DNA of 64,000 nucleotides, taken from the NCBI GenBank assembly GCA_964188305.1, contig OZ076885.1. One strand, written 5' to 3'. This document shows positions 60,419 to 64,000 of the stretch, piece after piece. The position numbers were made by a program, and so were the translations under genes. This DNA is from Podarcis bocagei. Its lineage: Eukaryota. The stretch's first letter is position 1. Every line of letters begins with the position of its first letter. The notes beneath the pieces were generated by a model, which saw nothing but the letters and a program-made list of their open reading frames with translations, was not told where the DNA came from and searched no databases.

Positions 60419-62243
60419 ATCACTCCCCACCTGCAATCTGAAATGGTATAGTCTATTACACACACACAAAATCTGCATGTGTAGACAGGGCCTTAGCTGT
60501 GCCTTATACTCAGCATAAAATCCCCTTGTGATGCTGTGTTCCAAATGTGTGCAGAGAGACCCAGGAATACTAACTTGATTCAGCCCAAGTACAACCAGGA
60601 CGAGACACAGACTCCCGTCCAAGCCATGGTTAAGAGGGCTCCAAATCGGGTGAGATAGAGTAAAGGACAGCCGTGCAGCTGAGCTTTCTTTTCAGGCCAC
60701 TTCTGCTCTGGCTAGCAAAGAATCCGTCTGCTTTGGTCACTCACATAGATGTGGTCCTGCTGGTAGCGCTGGTGCAGATTGAGCAAAATGGCCGCCTCGT
60801 GCAGGTCCCCCAGCATGGACATGTCCTCCACCCCCTCCATACTCGACCGATGCATCGGCAGGACTTTCTCTCTGGGCACGGAGGCCCACGGGTAGCAGAA
60901 CACCTGGAGGGAAGGAAAAGATGGTGCATGTAGAGATGCAGGATTCTGTGGGGGGCTGTAATTCCTGGCAGTTGATCAGTTGACAGTAAAAGGAGTGCAA
61001 GGGTATAGAGAGGTAAGTAACAGGAAATGGGAGGGGTCACCCCCTCTTCTGTATTTACCTTGTCCTTTCGCATCTATTTTAAACTTTTATTTCTACAATA
61101 AGTAAAAATTTAAAACCATGGGTGGTATTCAACCAAGTTTTACTCAAGAGCCACTGAAATTACTAGGCATGACAAAGTTTGGTCCTTTCATTTCAACAAG
61201 TCTACTCTTGAGTAAAACTTAAGCTGAATGCCATCCTACATGATTTATACACATTGAGCAGGATTTGATGAATGAGTCCTCTCAGTGAACACATCTGGAT
61301 TCACCACTGGGTGAGTTCACCCAGCAGTGAACTGAAGTGACTCATTGTGTTTTACAAGCAGAGACATCTTTGTACAGATGAGCTTCTTACCTCCACACTT
61401 TGCACTTTTAGGTGTGTACCAATTATCTATATCTGTAGTTACCTATATCAGAAGGGGAATCAGAATACAAAATTTCTGCGCCTAGAAAGTTTGATAGCTA
61501 ATGGCTTGGAAGAAACCCCACCCTTCTGCCACTCTCTTAACAGGCCCCAATAGTTGGAAGTAACACTATAAAAAGAACTGATCTTCATGAAGTCATTTTG
61601 TCTTATATGCTATGGGAGGGTCTGAGAAAGATGCCAATCTCCCTTCCTTACATAAACCAAAGAGATTATAGGAGAAAGGAAGGTGGAAGTGGACTGACTC
61701 CGCATCCCTACAGGGATTATCACCAATTTCAGAGGCAGCCACTTTTAGAAATGCTAAGAGGTGTGAATTGCTTGCATACAGCTGCTTCCAAAGCCTTCAG
61801 TCTGTCTGGCTTTTGCAGACGCCTCTCCAGAGCATCTAAGTGCTTTGTGGCAATGTCAACAAGCAGCGGTAATTCAAGGAAAAACCAATTTGCAAGCCTT
61901 AAGAAAAGGAGAACAAAGCCTTAAGAAAACCTGTACCTGCCAAAGCCACCTAGGGAAGAATGCAAAGAAGGTTTTTTCTTTGTAACTTGGCAACCTTAAA
62001 GGTGCTGCATATTATGGCCACAGGAGAAGGGAAAAAAAGAGTCTCCTGAGCCACCAGCTTTTATTTAGCCCAAATGTGCAAGGGAATGACCTGGAAGGTT
62101 TCCTTTGGCGGCTCATGAAAATGCTGTGTTTTCATTTCACTTACCTCGCCATAGTCCGAAGTGAAGAGCACGGATCCATCAACACAAGAGCCAACTGTGC
62201 AGGGCTGCAGCCGGTCCTGCTCCTGCAGCCACACACGTGTTCC
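4714..62243 (-). CDS. MYO10L: Unconventional myosin-X-like gene (MYO10 paralogue), 40 coding exons located, 5'-most coding exon not found
   Basis: Spliced translation gives P-loop GESGAGKT, switch [10 protein letters not shown], switch II DIFGFE, 3 IQ motifs, ER/K SAH, split PH1 around PH2, PH3, MyTH4 and FERM, in the myosin-X order. Exon lengths sum to 6141 nt with consistent phases. Exons are numbered assuming one missing first exon. Confidence 0.95.
5369..5560 (-). CDS. exon 40 (FERM F3: CKEGGFP...FETPQ)
   Basis: 192 nt; AG/GT. Confidence 0.94.
6193..6642 (-). CDS. exon 39 (FERM F2: LAALRLQYL...[10 protein letters not shown])
   Basis: 450 nt; AG/GT. Confidence 0.95.
7024..7150 (-). CDS. 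exon 38 ([12 protein letters not shown]...FMFEQ)
   Basis: 127 nt; AG/GT. Confidence 0.94.
7353..7489 (-). CDS. exon 37 ([22 protein letters not shown])
   Basis: 137 nt; AG/GT. Confidence 0.94.
7692..7899 (-). CDS. exon 36 (MyTH4 end and FERM start)
   Basis: 208 nt; [10 protein letters not shown]. Confidence 0.94.
8293..8441 (+). mobile_element. tRNA-derived SINE (Squam3-like), degenerate
   Basis: TTTGCATGCAGAAGGTTCCTGGTT...AATACTGAGCTAG. Confidence 0.6.
8544..8841 (-). CDS. exon 35 (MyTH4: [14 protein letters not shown])
   Basis: 298 nt; MyTH4 signature. Confidence 0.95.
9355..9563. mobile_element. Tc1/mariner (Tigger-like) MITE
   Basis: TIRs CAGTGGTACCTCGAGTTA / TAACCCAAGGTACCACTG; TA on the left flank; same family as 63307-63548. 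Confidence 0.85.
9693..9816 (-). CDS. exon 34 ([10 protein letters not shown]...PLLPLPYGD)
   Basis: 124 nt; AG/GT. Confidence 0.94.
10188..10221. repeat. (GT)n microsatellite
   Basis: Direct reading. Confidence 0.95.
10338..10538 (-). mobile_element. tRNA-derived SINE (Squam3-like), degenerate
   Basis: Reverse complement of the head (CCACTGAGCTA) and body. Confidence 0.6.
10963..11308 (-). mobile_element. Sauria SINE
   Basis: Core TTCCGGGTCATGTGGCCAGCATGACTAAG, tRNA-like head (GGGATTCGAAC on +), ACCTTT-type tail. Confidence 0.88.
11345..11502 (-). CDS. exon 33 ([11 protein letters not shown]...QQLIRDIR)
   Basis: 158 nt; AG/GT. Confidence 0.94.
12228..12422 (-). CDS. exon 32 (PH3: WLHKE...KKRWFVL)
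   Basis: 195 nt; AG/GT. Confidence 0.94.
12628..12655. repeat. (AAAG)n microsatellite
   Basis: Direct reading. Confidence 0.9.
13463..13605 (-). CDS. exon 31 ([15 protein letters not shown]...QEFLVR)
   Basis: 143 nt; AG/GT. Confidence 0.93.
13905..14620 (+). mobile_element. L2-type LINE 3' fragment
   Basis: ORF2 C-terminal remnant [40 protein letters not shown]; ends GGGTATAAATAA(ATA)n. Confidence 0.85.
15073..15128 (-). CDS. exon 30 ([18 protein letters not shown])
   Basis: 56 nt; AG/GT. Confidence 0.92.
16601..16694 (-). CDS. exon 29 ([10 protein letters not shown]...ANPKNAV)
   Basis: 94 nt; AG/GT. Confidence 0.93.
17061..17156 (-). CDS. exon 28 ([14 protein letters not shown]...AESPEDA)
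   Basis: 96 nt; AG/GT. Confidence 0.93.
17958..18201 (-). CDS. exon 27 (PH1 N-half and PH2: [21 protein letters not shown])
   Basis: 244 nt; AAG acceptor. Confidence 0.94.
19022..19145 (-). CDS. exon 26 (FLDSEDE...YFHSYLYMK)
   Basis: 124 nt; AG/GT. Confidence 0.92.
20831..21613 (-). CDS. exon 25 (antiparallel coiled coil plus acidic PEST region)
   Basis: 783 nt; [16 protein letters not shown]...[10 protein letters not shown]. Confidence 0.92.
21778..21960. mobile_element. Retroelement fragment (AAGAGCC..ATCAGGCC family); other copies near 16443, 47640 and 51064
   Basis: Repeated motif AAGAAGAGCC..GATCAGGCCAATGGCCCATCTA.TCCAG at four sites. Confidence 0.55.
22487..22925. mobile_element. 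Nested palindromic MITEs (inner element 22610-22822)
   Basis: Outer arms GTTTGCAGAATGCAGT / ACTGCATTCTGCAAAC and CTGTCCTCAATCTAGATGAC / GTCATCTAGACTGAGGACAG; inner arms AAAATCTGCTCCAGA / TCTGGAGAAGATTTT. Confidence 0.7.
23033..23072 (-). CDS. exon 24, 40 nt ([13 protein letters not shown])
   Basis: ttctttgtttttgaacag|A GAA ... CAG|gtgtgt; the only candidate I found that bridges phase 2 to phase 0. Confidence 0.75.
23412..23676 (+). mobile_element. Sauria SINE, 5'-truncated with internal deletion
   Basis: GCAAGTAGATAAATAGGTACCGC...CATGACCCGGAAG...CCTTTACCTTT. Confidence 0.85.
25477..25779 (-). CDS. exon 23 (IQ2, IQ3, ER/K-rich SAH)
   Basis: 303 nt; [15 protein letters not shown], then E/R/K repeats. 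Confidence 0.9.
26304..26354. repeat. (AG)n microsatellite
   Basis: Direct reading. Confidence 0.95.
28831..28937 (-). CDS. exon 22 ([12 protein letters not shown]...[15 protein letters not shown]; IQ1)
   Basis: 107 nt; accag|GTT ... AG|gtcagt; this frame is not in the ORF track. Confidence 0.92.
29183..29222. repeat. (CT)n microsatellite
   Basis: Direct reading. Confidence 0.95.
31228..31412 (+). mobile_element. tRNA-derived SINE (Squam3-like), degenerate
   Basis: Similar to 44998-45170. Confidence 0.65.
31580..31770 (+). mobile_element. LINE (L2-like) 3' end with (TTA)n tail
   Basis: GAGTGGCTGGGGAAACCCAGCCAGATGGGC.GGGTATAAATAAA then TTA repeats; inverted copy at 41485-41560. Confidence 0.7.
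31771..32125 (-). mobile_element. Sauria SINE, full length
   Basis: Same diagnostic core; inserted in an (ATT)n tract. Confidence 0.9.
35265..35500 (-). mobile_element. tRNA-derived SINE (Squam3-like), degenerate
   Basis: GGGACCTTTTAAATGCAAAGCATG is the reverse complement of the SINE head. Confidence 0.5.
35628..36463. mobile_element. Non-autonomous hAT-like DNA transposon, 836 bp, CpG-rich
   Basis: TIRs CATAGGCGCCGACT / AGTCGGCGCCCCTG (12/14 match); perfect 8-bp TSD ACACCTGG at 35620-35627 and 36464-36471. Confidence 0.88.
36971..37085 (-). CDS. exon 21 (YKMLLKN...WKLGKTK; converter)
   Basis: 115 nt; GKTK motif. Confidence 0.93.
37744..37868 (-). CDS. exon 20 ([21 protein letters not shown]...GFPVR)
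   Basis: 125 nt; QLRYSGMLE motif. Confidence 0.94.
38635..38715 (-). CDS. exon 19 ([10 protein letters not shown]...FIRCIKPN)
   Basis: 81 nt; RCIKPN motif. Confidence 0.94.
39382..39490 (-). CDS. exon 18 (LDFIYDLFE...PTVSSQFR; loop 2)
   Basis: 109 nt; AG/GT. Confidence 0.92.
40307..40389 (-). CDS. exon 17 ([14 protein letters not shown])
   Basis: 83 nt; AG/GT. Confidence 0.93.
41294..41362 (-). CDS. exon 16 ([23 protein letters not shown])
   Basis: 69 nt; HYAG motif. Confidence 0.92.
41485..41560 (-). mobile_element. LINE (L2-like) 3' end fragment
   Basis: Reverse complement of the 3' end at about 31665-31730. Confidence 0.65.
42530..42960 (+). mobile_element. L2-type LINE fragment, degenerate
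   Basis: [15 protein letters not shown] remnant; CAGTTCAAAGTCCTGG. Confidence 0.65.
43151..43196. repeat. (TAT)n microsatellite
   Basis: Direct reading. Confidence 0.9.
43354..43446 (-). CDS. exon 15 ([19 protein letters not shown])
   Basis: 93 nt; AG/GT. Confidence 0.93.
43857..43923 (-). CDS. exon 14 ([22 protein letters not shown])
   Basis: 67 nt; AG/GT. Confidence 0.93.
44292..44392 (-). CDS. exon 13 ([21 protein letters not shown])
   Basis: 101 nt; relay helix motif. Confidence 0.95.
44783..44837. repeat. (AAT)n microsatellite
   Basis: Direct reading. Confidence 0.95.
44998..45170 (+). mobile_element. tRNA-derived squamate SINE (Squam3-like)
   Basis: A-box TAGCTCAGTGGTAGAGC, B-box GGTTCAATCCC, then body GCTGCCAGTCTGTGTAGACAATACTGA. 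Confidence 0.8.
45430..45576 (-). CDS. exon 12 ([13 protein letters not shown]...[12 protein letters not shown]; switch II)
   Basis: 147 nt; DIFGFE motif. Confidence 0.95.
46170..46826. mobile_element. Non-autonomous hAT-like DNA transposon, 657 bp
   Basis: Imperfect TIRs CAGGGCCATCTTTAC / GCTAAGACAGCGCTG; 8-bp TSD CTCAGAGG / CTCACAGG (7/8 match). Confidence 0.78.
48431..48549 (-). CDS. exon 11 ([10 protein letters not shown]...PLTVEQ)
   Basis: 119 nt; AG/GT. Confidence 0.93.
49141..49270 (-). CDS. exon 10 (TALEVMGF...ILQLGNIEF)
   Basis: 130 nt; AG/GT. Confidence 0.93.
50349..50382. repeat. (AG)n microsatellite
   Basis: Direct reading. Confidence 0.95.
50425..50552. mobile_element. Short palindromic hAT-like MITE; related copies near 15465-15580, 20020-20120, 38118-38250 and 49680-49805
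   Basis: ACTACAAC..CATCATCCC ... GATGGGAGTTGTAGT inverted core recurring five times. Confidence 0.7.
50588..50691 (-). CDS. exon 9 ([18 protein letters not shown]...KVM)
   Basis: 104 nt; AG/GT. Confidence 0.92.
52615..52932. mobile_element. hAT-like non-autonomous element; second copy at about 47830-48140
   Basis: Both copies share GGCCAAATCCAGCCCTCTA...GTGGCCCTCAGAA. Confidence 0.6.
53725..53809 (-). CDS. exon 8 ([22 protein letters not shown])
   Basis: 85 nt; ERNYHIFY motif. Confidence 0.95.
54674..54687 (-). CDS. exon 7, 14-nt microexon (YLLEK)
   Basis: ctcag|ATTTATTGGAGAAG|gtgagt; supplies the conserved myosin YLLEK motif and restores frame. Confidence 0.9.
54688..55047 (-). other. 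U12-type (minor spliceosome) GT-AG intron
   Basis: 5' splice site GTATCCTT; branch site TCCTTAAC at 54706-54699, about 11 nt before the 3' end; no polypyrimidine tract. Confidence 0.9.
55048..55172 (-). CDS. exon 6 ([23 protein letters not shown]; switch I)
   Basis: 125 nt; donor is T|GTATCCTT (U12 type). Confidence 0.95.
55913..56047 (-). CDS. exon 5 (P-loop [12 protein letters not shown])
   Basis: 135 nt; ATP-binding P-loop. Confidence 0.95.
56449..56636 (-). CDS. exon 4 ([14 protein letters not shown]...PPHIFA...QCVLIS)
   Basis: AG/GT boundaries; 188 nt; conserved myosin motifs. Confidence 0.95.
57120..57590 (+). mobile_element. CR1-type LINE 3' fragment, degenerate
   Basis: Remnant resembling the CR1 ORF2 end LGLFSLEKRRLRGD ([13 protein letters not shown]). 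Confidence 0.5.
60392..60418. repeat. (TG)n microsatellite
   Basis: Direct reading. Confidence 0.95.
60745..60903 (-). CDS. exon 3 (VFCYPW...[31 protein letters not shown])
   Basis: cag|GTG ... TAT|gtgag; 159 nt; start of motor domain. Confidence 0.93.
61120..61236. mobile_element. Short palindromic MITE
   Basis: Perfect 16-bp inverted repeat AAGTTTTACTCAAGAG (61135-61150) / CTCTTGAGTAAAACTT (61205-61220). Confidence 0.65.
62145..62243 (-). CDS. MYO10-like exon 2 (GTRVWLQEQ...TSDYGE)
   Basis: tttcag|GGA ... GAG|gtaag; 99 nt; resembles the MYO10 N-terminal GTRVWL..DYG segment. Confidence 0.9.
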
Positions 62244-63306
62244 CTGAAACCAATCATAGCAGGATTCAAGCCATACGCTCTACACCTGACCACACTTATC
62301 TGTGCACTCGTGAGCATATCTACCCTAATGTTGCTTCCTGCAATTGCCCTCAACCATCAGCGGAAGCAGCCTCCCTTCCAGAAATGAAGCCTGTGGGCTG
62401 GTTCACACATGGGCATCTCTGAATGACTGCAGCAGTTAGCCATGACTGGTGTGGAGGAGCCACCAGAGAGGGACTGTCCCTAGCCCAGGTGCCACCTTTA
62501 GGACAAAGCTTTTCAACGGCGTCTGTTCACATATTCTGTCATCAGATGGCACCAAGTCCTGAAATGGTGAGAAATCAGGAAACATGCATGCCTACACAGG
62601 CTCCAACTGCATCATCACAGGGAACATGGTATCTTGTGGTGGGGTTTTGTTTTGTTTAAATTTCTGTAGCAAGCTGTGAAAATGTAGAGTGTGAGACTTT
62701 ACTGGCTGACTGTAATTGCTGGAAGTGTAGCTCCCGTGTTCAATTAATGCAAGAAGTGTGCACAATGGGGGCGGGGTTTGGGGGCCAGGCCCTGTACCCC
62801 ACCCATTACACATGCCTCCAATGCATCTTCAAGCATACACCTGCAGGCACACTGCAGACAGGCCCACACATGCCATGAATGCTGAGACCTAGTCAGTAAA
62901 CAGGGCTTAAGTTCCTCCCGTTGCTGCAGTCTACATATACCAGGTCTTCCCAGGGCCCACCAAGCTCCCACACTGCCAATGAAAACTAATAAATGAATAG
63001 GAGAACCTACCCACGTACACATTCCCTTCATACCTGCATTTTTGTAAACATTGTTCACTTGGGAAACTGCATAGCAACATTTTGATAAGTGTGAATTTCA
63101 AAGGATAGCTGTGCTTCAGTTTGCGTATCATTCCATAAAGTGCAGATTTGACAGATTTGGCTTTAAATGAGACCTAAATGAGACCTCTCGCATCCCCAGA
63201 TGCAGCCCTTCCTCTCTCCCAATCACATCTCTTACACAACTGCCCCTACATTGTTTCCCTCCCAATGTACCTCACAGGGTCTCATGTGAGGCTAAAAATG
63301 CCACTA

Positions 63307-63548
63307 CAGTGGTACCTCGGGTTACATACGCTTCAGGTTACATACGCTTCAGGTTACAGACTCCGCTAACCCAGAAATAGGACCTCAGGTTAAGAACTTT
63401 GCTTCAGGATGAGAACAGAAATCGTGCTCTGGCAGCGCGGCTGCAGCAGGAGGCCCCATTAGCTAAAGTGGTGCTTCAGGTTAATAACAGTTTCAGGTTA
63501 AGAACAGACCTTCAGAACGAATTAAGTACTTAACCCGAGGTACCACTG
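63307..63548. mobile_element. Tc1/mariner (Tigger-like) MITE
   Basis: Perfect TIRs CAGTGGTACCTCGGGTTA / TAACCCGAGGTACCACTG; TA TSD on both sides. Confidence 0.9.
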
Positions 63549-64000
63549 TACTACCTCCTTGGCAGGAGGTGGGATGCAACTGCAATATTTAAAAAATACT
63601 TCCCTCACCACCATCTTCCTACATGCAGCTTTGATGATCCTCAGGCAGACATTTGTGTGGAGAAAAAGATAACATAAACTGGCAGTGTGTAGGTAGTCAG
63701 CAACGGTTCTTACAGTCACACAGTGACTGGGGAAGGTGCTGTGACAATTGTAGAAATGGCTGCTGGTTGCAGCTGAGCACCACCAGTGCAATACACCTTC
63801 CCACAGGAAACACAGCCCCCTGCTTGGCCAAGGACAGGTGAGGATTGACCAGGTTTAGGAGGGAAGAGCTCTGTGAAAAGGTCCCCACACAGATGGTCTC
63901 CTCTAAATACTTGTTCCAGATCCTCCTTTTAAATTGTACATATTTTACCATCTTCTCGAAATGAGGAAATTGAGCAGAAATGGTAAACAAGGCCATCCGA

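Noticed and set aside
63011-63031. ATG-initiated 7-codon segment MKGMCTW followed by a GTAGGT donor, as a candidate exon 1
   Set aside because: Length and phase fit, but it has no similarity to the recalled MYO10 start (MDNFFTE) and no promoter context; likely chance

Overview
Vertebrate genomic DNA, almost certainly from a squamate reptile (inferred from Sauria/Squam-type SINEs; lacertid-like). One minus-strand gene dominates the window: an unconventional myosin-X-like (MYO10 paralogue). I traced 40 coding exons from 62243 down to the stop at 4714. They total 6141 nt (2046 aa plus stop), all phases join in frame, and all junctions are GT-AG. The first short coding exon was not found and is probably upstream of the window. 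Domain order: motor, 3 IQ, SAH, antiparallel coiled coil, PEST, PH1/PH2/PH3, MyTH4, FERM. Notable details: a U12 (minor spliceosome) intron before a 14-nt microexon, a 40-nt exon not visible in the ORF track, and a candidate internal promoter for a headless isoform. Introns carry many SINEs, LINE fragments and DNA-transposon MITEs, including two hAT-like elements with 8-bp TSDs and nested palindromes. I found no prokaryote-type system or CRISPR array. Comparisons with human MYO10 are from memory, not from an alignment.
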